A stretch of DNA of 64,000 nucleotides from an uncultured Candidatus Saccharibacteria bacterium (GCA_964436165.1 CAYTBY010000001.1:73452-137451); one strand, 5' to 3'; shown: positions 35,928 to 44,743, counted from the stretch's first letter. The notes: a model not told the origin generated them from the letters alone. Numbers and translations: made by a program.

Positions 35928-36145
35928 CATGTGTTCGGAATGATGATTGGAACCCAGATCCGCAGATTATGGCGAAGATTAAAGAGGAAATATCTAAATT
36001 ACCGGCAGAACAGCTTAGGTACGGAAGGATAAGTTCGGGTGATAAGTTACTTACTTGGAGTGAATTTATAACAGAGATTGAGCTTGGGACAGAATTCGGC
36101 CGGATGATATATTACATATACGTTGATGACGACCCAGAGCAATAG
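35924..36145 (+). CDS. Small hypothetical protein, translationally coupled (ATGA overlap) to the dGTPase-like gene
   Basis: 73-aa ORF MTCVRNDDWNPDPQIMAKIKEE…; the start overlaps the upstream stop. Confidence 0.35.
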   Translation: MTCVRNDDWNPDPQIMAKIKEEISKLPAEQLRYGRISSGDKLLTWSEFITEIELGTEFGRMIYYIYVDDDPEQ

Positions 36146-36149
36146 GAAA

Positions 36150-36479
36150 CTATTGCTTTTTTTGTTTGTCCTCAATTTCATCCATTTCATCCATTATCTG
36201 ATTAAATAATTCTCCTCTTTGCTCATTCCAAGCCTGCTTACGAGCACTTTCAAGAGCTTCCAGCCCCTCCTGGATATAACCAGCCTCAATATAGAGCCTT
36301 GCCATTCTTTGGTTAAACTTAATAGCGTCTTCCGGATTAATTACTTGCCTTTCTTCTCGTTCAGTCCATTGTTGAAGAAGTTGATGAACTTCTGGGTCTT
36401 CGACTCCTTTTGATTTTAGAGCATCAATAAGTTTCTGGTCTGATACTTCTCTATTTTCTAGTATTGGAAACTCCTTCAT
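36150..36479 (-). CDS. Acidic helical hypothetical protein
   Basis: 109-aa ORF. Predicted all-helical and highly charged. Confidence 0.35.
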   Translation of the reverse strand: MKEFPILENREVSDQKLIDALKSKGVEDPEVHQLLQQWTEREERQVINPEDAIKFNQRMARLYIEAGYIQEGLEALESARKQAWNEQRGELFNQIMDEMDEIEDKQKKQ

Positions 36480-36528
36480 GTATAAGATTATATCCTAGAA
36501 AAACAAAAAGTGCGAAGGAGTCAAAGGA

Positions 36529-36804
36529 TTATTTAACTTTTCTCTCAACGGATGTAAGTCGGACATCTATAGATTCAACTTTGGTTTCCAGTCGTGAAAA
36601 TTCCTTTTTTGAAGGTATTTCTAAAACAACATCGAGAATAGTTTTCAGGGTGCCGTCCATTTTATCAAAGCGGGTATCCATAGCATCAAAACGCTCATCA
36701 ACTTTAGCGAACCGGTTTGCGGTTATTTGAGCCAGAGTATTGAAGCCGACGCTTCGGTCGGCTCCCCGACCTTTCAGCGTCGGGGTTGTCATTTTCTTTG
36801 GCAT
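36529..36804 (-). CDS. Hypothetical protein (91 aa)
   Basis: ORF MPKKMTTPTLKGRGADRS… The start codon directly abuts the conserved inverted-repeat motif (see 36806-36939). Confidence 0.35.
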   Translation of the reverse strand: MPKKMTTPTLKGRGADRSVGFNTLAQITANRFAKVDERFDAMDTRFDKMDGTLKTILDVVLEIPSKKEFSRLETKVESIDVRLTSVERKVK

Positions 36805-36805
36805 A

Positions 36806-36939
36806 CCCAGTAGTGAAACTTCCAGTTGCCTTTAATTTTTTCAATAAAAAGCTAAATAAGAAGTTATTCAATGTTATCTAGTCTTACCCATGATAGTAGA
36901 AATACTGGCTAGAAAAAATCTGGAAGTTCTACTACTGGG
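36806..36939 (-). promoter_or_regulatory. 20-bp inverted-repeat pair (arms 36806-36825 and 36920-36939) in the 5' leader, abutting the start codon
   Basis: cccagtagtgaaacttccag and ctggaagttctactactggg (18/20 complementary), 94 nt apart. The arm next to the ATG matches the motif upstream of ftsW (47846-47864). Confidence 0.5.
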
Positions 36940-37143
36940 CATATTTTAAGTATAAAAAATTGATTGTTAATGTCAAATACTTTTCCCAAAGTGCTTGCCA
37001 CGTGATTGCGTAGCAATTTTACGTGGTCCGTCCACTCACCCTTGGATGGAACACCATAGAACAGCTAGTTTTAAGGTGGCAGCAGGTTTTTAATAGTTTT
37101 GTACCTAGTTTAGCAAGTTAAGATTAATTACTCAAATAAAACG

Positions 37144-37185
37144 AAAGCCGCTCTTGGGGAGCGGCTCGTCGGTTTTTTGTGAGAA
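37144..37185. terminator. Bidirectional rho-independent terminator
   Basis: gccgctc-ttgggga-gagcggc, with T-rich tracts on both strands. Confidence 0.55.
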
Positions 37186-37208
37186 CCGACAAACTTGGGT
37201 TCGGTGGG

Positions 37209-37607
37209 TCACATATACTGATGGACGACCCACCCGAACAGCAGGGCGATGAGCGGATACAGGACTGCGAGAGCGACTCCTCTTGCGATAGCTTCTCCTG
37301 CCCCCTCCTCTTTCTTGGGTATGTCAGAGGTGTCGTGATACGTCAGAAAGCTGACGACCATCGCGATGCCGATTGCCTGCACCACGGAGAGGTGTGGTAG
37401 TCCGAGCGTCGGAACCATAAACCATCCCCATAACACGCTCAATGCGTAACCCCGCAACAGCGAGGAAAGAACCAACATGGCAACGATGCGACGGACGAAC
37501 CCACCCACGATTGCAAGGAACACCATAGCTTTTGCCTCCTTTAACCGATTTTTTTCTGAACTTGTCCTAATTATAGCAAATTTAGGGCACTTTGTCAAAT
37601 CAGCCAA
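37209..37607 (-). CDS. GC-rich small membrane protein, hypothetical (the likely start is the internal Met MVFLAIV…)
   Basis: Hydrophobic ORF directly 3' of tRNA-Lys. About 58% GC, against about 40% around it. Confidence 0.4.
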   Translation of the reverse strand: MADLTKCPKFAIIRTSSEKNRLKEAKAMVFLAIVGGFVRRIVAMLVLSSLLRGYALSVLWGWFMVPTLGLPHLSVVQAIGIAMVVSFLTYHDTSDIPKKEEGAGEAIARGVALAVLYPLIALLFGWVVHQYM

Positions 37608-37639
37608 AAACCTTGAAAAATCGGGTTATTTTAACATTG

Positions 37640-37712
37640 TCCGCCCGGCTGGGATCGAACCAGCGACCACTTGCTTAAAAGGCAATTGCTCTACCAACTG
37701 AGCTACGGGCGG
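37640..37712 (-). tRNA. tRNA-Lys (anticodon UUU)
   Basis: Reverse complement ccgcccgTAgctcagttggtagagcAattgcCTTTTAAgcaagTggtcgctggttcgatcccagccgggcggA. 7-bp acceptor stem, D and T arms, anticodon loop cUUUUaa. CCA not encoded. Confidence 0.85.
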
Positions 37713-37803
37713 GATAGATTGCTAGATAACTAGCAAATAATATCATAAAAAATTAGTATTTCCAAGCTCGTGATACGATAATAAAACAGGCATCCAGCCT
37801 GTT

Positions 37804-38265
37804 TTAATTCGGTTTGATACTGCTAATTGTAATATAAGTTCCGATTGCCGTCACGAATGCTCCGGTTAGGAATTTAAGCAAGAAAATATTTTTAGATTCG
37901 CCTAAAATTACAATGCCTATCAGTATGGATATTAACGGTGCGGCCATGGTAATACTGGAGGTTAATGCGACTGAACCACCTCTTAATGATAACGAAAGAT
38001 TTGATAACAAATATGAAGAGTTCATGACTAAACCGGCAATTACGGCAAGAACGATCGGTATGGCTGTTAACTTTCCGTAGTTTGCATTATCGGAATGTCC
38101 TTGAATAGCCAAGACTGTTAATCCGACTATAGCGCTACAAACACCATTAATAATAACGAATATTCTTGGATCAAGTCCGTAATTATTAACAGAAATTTTA
38201 GCGATTGGACTACCAAGGCCAAAGAGCAGAGTTGATATTAATGCAAATTTAATCCTAGGATCCAT
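37804..38265 (-). CDS. Small 4-TM membrane protein (EamA/SMR-like), hypothetical
   Basis: 153-aa hydrophobic ORF. Loose resemblance to a half EamA domain. Confidence 0.4.
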   Translation of the reverse strand: MDPRIKFALISTLLFGLGSPIAKISVNNYGLDPRIFVIINGVCSAIVGLTVLAIQGHSDNANYGKLTAIPIVLAVIAGLVMNSSYLLSNLSLSLRGGSVALTSSITMAAPLISILIGIVILGESKNIFLLKFLTGAFVTAIGTYITISSIKPN

Positions 38266-38420
38266 GTTGTCCCCCTTTTTTTGTAAATGTTCGATAGTCG
38301 GTATATTGTAGATTATTTTACATGATCCGTCAAATTATAAGCTTGATTTTTGAATTTTTTTGTTATATAATCTGGGGCAGTCAGTTGGTTCTTTTACCAA
38401 AGGTTAAAGGAGCGGTAAAC

Positions 38421-38816
38421 ATGGTTGTAACTAGGGTCTTGGCGCTACTATTTATTTTTGTTGCTGGTTTTGGCGTCTGGAGCAGTTGTCAGCACGGTCA
38501 AGATATTAGCAGGGCAGTGGAAATAAATCCGGAGGTTCATATTACAGGCGATATTAATAGCCGTTTGATGTATGTTGATGAAACCACCAAAGAGGTCCAA
38601 GTATTAACATTCGAGGATATAAAAAGAGATATTGTTTTTGAAGCGGATGATGGATTCCTCTATTTTTTAAAAGAAGAAAAGGTTAAAATTTTGCCCGTAG
38701 CTTTTATCTGCGGGAAAAAAAGAAATCTGGAATGTGATTTGACTAAACCTTATGTTTTATACGTTGCAACAAGGAAGGTTAAGCCATTGCTTGTACGCAA
38801 AAACGCGGCATCCTAA
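38421..38816 (+). CDS. Hypothetical protein with N-terminal TM anchor
   Basis: RBS aaaggag before ATG 38421 (MVVTRVLALLFIFVAG…). An in-frame ATG further upstream (38322) lacks an RBS. Confidence 0.4.
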   Translation: MVVTRVLALLFIFVAGFGVWSSCQHGQDISRAVEINPEVHITGDINSRLMYVDETTKEVQVLTFEDIKRDIVFEADDGFLYFLKEEKVKILPVAFICGKKRNLECDLTKPYVLYVATRKVKPLLVRKNAAS

Positions 38817-38893
38817 TAGCGGCTAATTCAGCCGTTTTTAATTTGCTATTTTTATGTTAAAATGAGGTCATAAATGGTCAAAAACATTTTCTG

Positions 38894-39667
38894 ATGAAGA
38901 TTATTGTTCAAAATTTAGCGACGGAATACCGTGATGAGGGCGAAGGACCGGTAATGCTTTTATTACACGGCTGGAAGGATAGTTTATATACTTTCGATGA
39001 TTTAATGCCGTCTTTGCTGGCCAGGTGGAGAGTTGTTCGTCTTGATTTGCCTGGATTTGGTGAAAGCGAAGCGCCGGGTGGGGCTTGGAATCTAGATGAT
39101 TATATCCATTTTGTTAATGAGTTTATTCAGAAACTTAATCTTCAAGTCGATGTTTTAGCCGGTCATTCATTCGGTGGCCGAATTGCCATAAAAGGCCAAG
39201 CCGTCAAACTTTTTAAAGCGAACAAACTTGTCCTGATAGCTCCGGCGGGTATTGCCAGAAAACAGAAATTACGTAAATCAATTTTAAAAGTTATGGCTAA
39301 AATCGGCGGGTTTTTAGCCGACATTCCGCCTTTAATTTTGTGGAGGCAGGAAATAAGAAAAAAGATGTATAATCTGATCGGCAGTGATTATCTTAATGCC
39401 GGGCCATTAAGGGGGACATTCCTAAAAATAATTGCCGAAGATTTAAGTGTAAAGGCAAGAGATATTACTGTCCCGACTCTGATAATCTGGGGAGCCAATG
39501 ATACTCAGACTCCTCTGGCTGACGGCCAGAAACTGTCTCGATTAGTATCTGGTTCAGAGTTTAAGGTAATCAACGGCGCCGGACATTTTGTCCATCGGGA
39601 GAAACATCAAGAAGTCGCAAAATTAATAGAAGATTTTTATGATAAGAAAATGGCTGTCTCGTTATAG
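38894..39667 (+). CDS. Alpha/beta-fold hydrolase
   Basis: LLHGWKDS, nucleophile elbow GHSFGG, C-terminal …GHFVHRE. Confidence 0.7.
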   Translation: MKIIVQNLATEYRDEGEGPVMLLLHGWKDSLYTFDDLMPSLLARWRVVRLDLPGFGESEAPGGAWNLDDYIHFVNEFIQKLNLQVDVLAGHSFGGRIAIKGQAVKLFKANKLVLIAPAGIARKQKLRKSILKVMAKIGGFLADIPPLILWRQEIRKKMYNLIGSDYLNAGPLRGTFLKIIAEDLSVKARDITVPTLIIWGANDTQTPLADGQKLSRLVSGSEFKVINGAGHFVHREKHQEVAKLIEDFYDKKMAVSL

Positions 39668-41072
39668 TTGGCGCTATCCGCGCTCTCTTGTTTACATGTT
39701 TCAATTAAGCGAATATAATATCCATGATTTTTGGGCTTGGTATAAAAGAACGGATGACTTTAGCCGGGTTGAACGGCGCAAACAGCTCGAGATGACCTTA
39801 AAGGCTGTTTTATTGATGGTAGTTGCTTTAGCCATGCTGACTCTTTCCTATCTCGCCGTAGCCGTTACATTATGGTTTTTCGCGAGTTCATATAAGTATA
39901 TATTGTTTTTTATTTTTGTTTTGGTTTCTCCTTATCTTTTAGCATATGAGCTGGTTGTCTCGTTACTGATGGTAAAATTTTTTATCCAACGGCCAATCGA
40001 GTATTTTATTATAAAAAAAGCACGGCAGAGGCTTCAAACGCACAAAGCCATCAGGATAGGCATTGCCGGCAGTTTTGGCAAAACAACGATGCGGGAAATT
40101 CTTAAAACCGTTCTGTCTGAAGGAAAAAAAGTAGCCGCCCCGCCCCACAGCTACAATACCATGCTGGGATTAAGCCGGTTCATTATGGATTTAAGGGGCG
40201 ACGAAGAAGTTCTTATTTTTGAACTTGGCGAATATTATCCGGGAGATGTCCGCAGATTGTGCGAATTAGTAAGACCGCAAATAGGTATTATAACCGGGGT
40301 CAATGAAGCTCATTTGGAAAAGTTCGGCAGTTTGGATAAAACGGCGGGTACTATTTTTGAACTGGCCGATTGGCTCAAAGAGAGCCTTATCTATGTTAAT
40401 GGAGAAAATAAACTAGCCAGAGAAAACGCTTCTGCTCGACACCTAATATATGGCAGAAATGGTTTTGGCCCTTGGAAAGTTGAAAATGCCGCCACTGACT
40501 TAACGGGTACAAAATTTACTTTGACAAGAGATGGCCAGAGATTAGAGGTTGGATCAAAACTCCTTGGCTTGCATCAGATTGGTCCTTTGGTAGTTGCGGC
40601 CGATATCGCAAATCATTTAGGAATTTCTCTTGATAAAATTAAAAAGGGAATTGAAAAAACCAAGTCATTTGACCATCGTCTTGAGCCAAGATTTGATTCA
40701 AGCGGGGTAATTACCCTCGATGATAGTTATAACGGAAACCCGGACGGAGTCAGGGCGGTAATCGAATTTCTCGCATCCTTAAAGGGTCATCGAAGATTTT
40801 ATGTGACGCCAGGATTGGTTGAAATGGGACCTCGGCTGAAGGAAGTTCACAAAGAAATAGGCCGGAACTTAGCAAAAGCGGGGATAGAAAAGGTGGTTTT
40901 AATTAAAAATTCTGTGACCGGTTATATAGAAGAAGGGCTTAGGGAATCCCACTATCTGGGCGAGGTGATTTGGTTTAATGATGGTTTGTCTGCTTTTAGG
41001 GCCTTGCCCCATTTAACTGTAAAAAATGACGTGGTTTTGCTTCAGAATGACTGGCCCGATCAGTACAAATAA
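39639..41072 (+). CDS. murF: Mur ligase, MurF-like (UDP-MurNAc-tripeptide--D-Ala-D-Ala ligase), with an unusual N-terminal transmembrane region of about 110 aa
   Basis: IGIAGSFGKTTMREIL (P-loop), …DDSYNGNPD…; immediately upstream of ddl. N-terminus with 3 hydrophobic helices. Exact start uncertain. Confidence 0.65.
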   Translation: MIRKWLSRYSWRYPRSLVYMFQLSEYNIHDFWAWYKRTDDFSRVERRKQLEMTLKAVLLMVVALAMLTLSYLAVAVTLWFFASSYKYILFFIFVLVSPYLLAYELVVSLLMVKFFIQRPIEYFIIKKARQRLQTHKAIRIGIAGSFGKTTMREILKTVLSEGKKVAAPPHSYNTMLGLSRFIMDLRGDEEVLIFELGEYYPGDVRRLCELVRPQIGIITGVNEAHLEKFGSLDKTAGTIFELADWLKESLIYVNGENKLARENASARHLIYGRNGFGPWKVENAATDLTGTKFTLTRDGQRLEVGSKLLGLHQIGPLVVAADIANHLGISLDKIKKGIEKTKSFDHRLEPRFDSSGVITLDDSYNGNPDGVRAVIEFLASLKGHRRFYVTPGLVEMGPRLKEVHKEIGRNLAKAGIEKVVLIKNSVTGYIEEGLRESHYLGEVIWFNDGLSAFRALPHLTVKNDVVLLQNDWPDQYK

Positions 41073-41078
41073 TATAAA

Positions 41079-42248
41079 ATGATAGATATGACTAAAACCA
41101 TAGCTGTTATTTTTGGCGGTCGGAGCGCTGAACATGATGTCTCGATTATCACCGCTCACACACCCATTATCCAATCCCTCCTAGCGGTGGGGGAGTTTGA
41201 TGTTTGGCCCGTTTATATTTCCAAAGACGGACTTTGGTATTCAGATAAGGCCATGAATGATATTTTGTATTTTAAAAATGATAACTTTGAAGCCAATCCG
41301 GCTAAACATAAAAAAATTCAGCTCTTATTTGATCAAGGATTAAAAATAATCTGGCCAGGTATTAGATCTAAAACGGTTAAGATTGATGTTGTTTTTCCGG
41401 CAATGCACGGCACTTTTGGAGAAGACGGCAGTTTAATGGGTCTTCTCCGGATGGCCGGTGTTCCTTTCGTTGGCTGTGATCTGTTTGCTTCGGCGGTGGC
41501 AATGGATAAGGTTTTAACGAAACAGGTTTTAGCCGTCGAAGGCATTCCGGTCGTGCCATATGTTTGGTTTACTAAATTTGATTGGAAAGAAAATAAAAAT
41601 GCCTGGAAAGAAAAAATTTCTAAGCTAAAATGGCCGGTTTTTGTAAAGCCAGTTCATCTTGGTTCCAGCATTGCCATTACCAAAGTCAAAGAAGAGAAGG
41701 ATTTAGAAAATGCAATCGAGGTAGCTTTTCATTATGACGATAAAGTTTTGGTTGAAGAAGGGGTGGCAAATCTTATAGAAGTAACTCTGCCAATAATAGG
41801 CAATGAAAAATTACAGCTGGCGGCGATAGAGCGGCCCCTGAATAAAACCGAATTTTTTGATTTTGAGGACAAATATCTTTCCGGCGGCAAAAAGGGAAGC
41901 GGGGTCAATAGCCAATACAGCGAGATCCCGGCCAATATCAGCTCCGAGCTCAAAGAACGGGTAGAGGATCTGGGCAGACAAACCTATAAGATACTGGGAT
42001 GCTCCGGCATTGCTCGGGTTGACTTTTTGATTGAGGGTTCGCTTAATCAGGTTTATGTAAACGAAGTAAACACTCTTCCGGGGAGTCTTTACTGCCATAA
42101 TTGGAGAAAGGTTGGAGTTTCAGACGCAGAACTTGTTACGAAGCTAGTCTCTTTGGCCGAAGAGCGTTTTAATTCCCGCAAAAATACAACCTATACTTTT
42201 AAATCGGATATTTTGAAGAAAACCGGCGGCCGGAAGATGGCGGAATAA
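41079..42248 (+). CDS. ddl: D-alanine--D-alanine ligase
   Basis: IAVIFGGRSAEHDVSI…; ATP-grasp motifs. Confidence 0.85.
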   Translation: MIDMTKTIAVIFGGRSAEHDVSIITAHTPIIQSLLAVGEFDVWPVYISKDGLWYSDKAMNDILYFKNDNFEANPAKHKKIQLLFDQGLKIIWPGIRSKTVKIDVVFPAMHGTFGEDGSLMGLLRMAGVPFVGCDLFASAVAMDKVLTKQVLAVEGIPVVPYVWFTKFDWKENKNAWKEKISKLKWPVFVKPVHLGSSIAITKVKEEKDLENAIEVAFHYDDKVLVEEGVANLIEVTLPIIGNEKLQLAAIERPLNKTEFFDFEDKYLSGGKKGSGVNSQYSEIPANISSELKERVEDLGRQTYKILGCSGIARVDFLIEGSLNQVYVNEVNTLPGSLYCHNWRKVGVSDAELVTKLVSLAEERFNSRKNTTYTFKSDILKKTGGRKMAE

Positions 42249-42271
42249 AATTTTTGTGATAATATCTAATT

Positions 42272-43714
42272 ATGCAGCGTAATAATATACTTGAGACTAA
42301 AGATCTTGTTGGAAAAGAAGTTCAGCTTTTTGGCTGGGTTAATGTCCGGCGTGACCACGGCAAAATAATTTTTATAGATTTGCGTGACCGTTCAGGCGTG
42401 GTTCAGGCTGTTTTTGGCCCCTGGACTCAAGGACTTTACGAAACTGCCAATCAACTTAGGAGTGAATGGGTGATTCGGATCAAAGGCAAAGTCAAAGAAC
42501 GTCCGGAAAAAATGGTTAATCCAGAGACCGAAACAGGAAAGATTGAAATTGAACCCTTGGAATTAGAAGTCTTGAACGAGGCTCTTACCCCGCCCTTTCC
42601 CTTGGATACTCCAGGTGATGATATTGACGAGGATGTGCGTCTCAAATTCCGCTATTTAGATTTGCGGAGGCCGCGACTTCAGAAAAATATAAAATTTCGT
42701 TCAGATTTTGTCGATAGAATAAGACAATTTTTATTTAAAAAAGGTTTTGTAGAGATAGAAACCCCGATCTTATCGGCTCCTACACCCGAAGGTTCAAGGG
42801 ATTTTGTTGTTCCTTCCAGGTTGAATCCAGGTAAATTTTTTGCCCTACCTCAAAGTCCTCAACAATATAAACAGCTTTTAATGGTTGCCGGTTTTGAAAA
42901 GTATTTTCAAATAGCCAGATGTTTCCGTGACGAAGACTTGAGAGCTGACAGAGGATTTGAGCATACCCAAGTTGATATTGAAGTAAGTTTTATAAATCAG
43001 GAGGAATTTATGGCTTTGGATGAGGAAATGATGATTACGGTAGTAGGGGGTATGGGTTATAAAATAAAACAAAAACCTTTCCCGGTCTTTACCTATAAAG
43101 AAGCAGTGGAAAAATTTGGAGCTGATAAATTTGATTTGCGAACTGAAGAAGATAAGGCGAATGGTGTTCTGGCCTATGCCTGGGTTAAAGATTTTCCATT
43201 TTTTGAAAAAGTGGATGCTGCGCACGAAGACAAAAGGAGCGAATCCTCCTTCGCCAAGGCTTCGGAGGACGATGGGAAGTGGACGTTTACTCACAATCCA
43301 TTTTCACACGCCAAACCGGAGCATGTCGATTGGTTATTAAAAGGAGAACATATTGGCGAAATACTCACAACTCAATATGATCTAGTTTGTAATGGATTTG
43401 AAGTTGGCGGAGGAAGTATTCGAGCTCACAAGCCGGAGATGCTTCATGCGGTGTTTAGGATAATGGGTTATGGCGAGAAAGAGATCGAAGAACAATTTGG
43501 TCATATGTTAGAGGCTTTCAAGTACGGTGCTCCGCCTCATGGCGGAATTGCTCATGGGATTGAAAGAAATTTGATGACCCTGACGGGTGAGTCATATTTG
43601 CGAGAAACTCAGGCCTTTCCCCAGACAAGTTCCGGCCGGACTTCAGTTATGGCTGCACCGAGTGAGCTAAGCAAAAAACAACTCAAGGAGCTCCATCTAA
43701 AGATAGAAAAGTAG
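42272..43714 (+). CDS. aspS: Aspartate--tRNA ligase (short archaeal/eukaryal-type, no GAD insertion)
   Basis: N-terminal OB fold. Class II motif FQIARCFRDEDLRADRGFEHTQVDIE matches the AspRS signature FRDED.RADRQ.EFTQ.D.E. Confidence 0.85.
   Translation: MQRNNILETKDLVGKEVQLFGWVNVRRDHGKIIFIDLRDRSGVVQAVFGPWTQGLYETANQLRSEWVIRIKGKVKERPEKMVNPETETGKIEIEPLELEVLNEALTPPFPLDTPGDDIDEDVRLKFRYLDLRRPRLQKNIKFRSDFVDRIRQFLFKKGFVEIETPILSAPTPEGSRDFVVPSRLNPGKFFALPQSPQQYKQLLMVAGFEKYFQIARCFRDEDLRADRGFEHTQVDIEVSFINQEEFMALDEEMMITVVGGMGYKIKQKPFPVFTYKEAVEKFGADKFDLRTEEDKANGVLAYAWVKDFPFFEKVDAAHEDKRSESSFAKASEDDGKWTFTHNPFSHAKPEHVDWLLKGEHIGEILTTQYDLVCNGFEVGGGSIRAHKPEMLHAVFRIMGYGEKEIEEQFGHMLEAFKYGAPPHGGIAHGIERNLMTLTGESYLRETQAFPQTSSGRTSVMAAPSELSKKQLKELHLKIEK
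43236..43268 (+). repeat. 30-nt palindromic repeat inserted in frame in aspS (encodes SSFAKASED); a second copy lies in the Mur ligase at 61529-61558
   Basis: tcctccttcgccaaggcttcggaggacg vs tcctctttcgcgcaaggcttcggaggacg: 27/29 identical, with TCCTCC/GGAGGA inverted arms. Confidence 0.55.
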
Positions 43715-43717
43715 CGT

Positions 43718-44656
43718 ATGAGATTAAAGCTTTACACTGTAACAATTACAATCATTGTTCTCTTTACCGTAAATATTTTTTTGGCTGTAAAAAATTCTCG
43801 TGATATAATTCTTAGCGAACCGGCATCCTTTAGCAATTATAATTATGATGACGAGGCTTACCTTCTTCCCATTTCTGAACCAAATTACATTCCTATTCTC
43901 AACGCTAATCTTCCCAGGCCGGTTCTAAGCGGTAAGTCAGCCCTGGTCTACGATACTCGTTCGAGCCGTTTTCTATACGAAAAAGATATAGATTTAAAAC
44001 TGCCAATCGCTTCGTTAACTAAAGTTTTGAGCGCGGTTATTGTTTTGGAAAAACTTAATTTGGAAGACATTGTAACCGTATCAGAGCAGTCTATAAAAGT
44101 CGACGGCGAGAAACAAGATTTATATTTAGGCGAAAAATTAAGCGTTAAAAATCTTCTCAAGCTGATGCTGATTGAATCATCCAATGATGCGGCTTATGCT
44201 TTGGCGGAATATGCAAAAACCAGAGATATTAACTTTATTGAAGCAATGAATGCTAAAGCCGCGGCTATTAGCATGAAGAATTCTTTATTTTTGGATCCAG
44301 CCGGTTTGGAGGATAGGGCCTATTCGACCGGAGAAGATTTAGTTAAACTGGTAGAATACTCCCTGAACTATCAGGAAATCTGGGATATATCTTCCGAGAA
44401 AACAGCGATAATAGAATCAAGCGACGAAAGGATAAAACATTCTGTGATTAGCACTAATCGTTTGCTGGGTTTGATAAAGGATATCGTCGGCGGTAAGACG
44501 GGTTTTACTGAAGGTGCTGGTCAGTGTATGATTCTTGTTGCCAGCGTACCAGAATACGACGGTAAGATTATTAGTATTGTTTTAGGTTCAGGCGATAGAT
44601 TTGGCGATACCCAGAAGTTAATAGAATGGACCAGAACGGCGTATAGGTGGAGATAG
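43718..44656 (+). CDS. D-alanyl-D-alanine carboxypeptidase (PBP5-like serine peptidase)
   Basis: SxxK (ASLTKVL), SxN (ESSND) and KTG (GKTGFT) motifs. N-terminal anchor. Confidence 0.75.
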   Translation: MRLKLYTVTITIIVLFTVNIFLAVKNSRDIILSEPASFSNYNYDDEAYLLPISEPNYIPILNANLPRPVLSGKSALVYDTRSSRFLYEKDIDLKLPIASLTKVLSAVIVLEKLNLEDIVTVSEQSIKVDGEKQDLYLGEKLSVKNLLKLMLIESSNDAAYALAEYAKTRDINFIEAMNAKAAAISMKNSLFLDPAGLEDRAYSTGEDLVKLVEYSLNYQEIWDISSEKTAIIESSDERIKHSVISTNRLLGLIKDIVGGKTGFTEGAGQCMILVASVPEYDGKIISIVLGSGDRFGDTQKLIEWTRTAYRWR

Positions 44657-44667
44657 ATCATTCAAAC

Positions 44668-44740
44668 GTAACTAGTAATTAGTAACTAGTAATTAGAAAA
44701 TTTAAGTATATTCAATTACCAATTACCAATTACCAATTAC
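44668..44740. repeat. Intergenic tandem repeats: 2 x TAACTAGTAATTAG, then 4 x CAATTAC (opposite orientation of the GTAATT core)
   Basis: gtaactagtaattagtaactagtaattag … caattaccaattaccaattaccaattac. Confidence 0.7.
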
Positions 44741-44743
44741 TCT

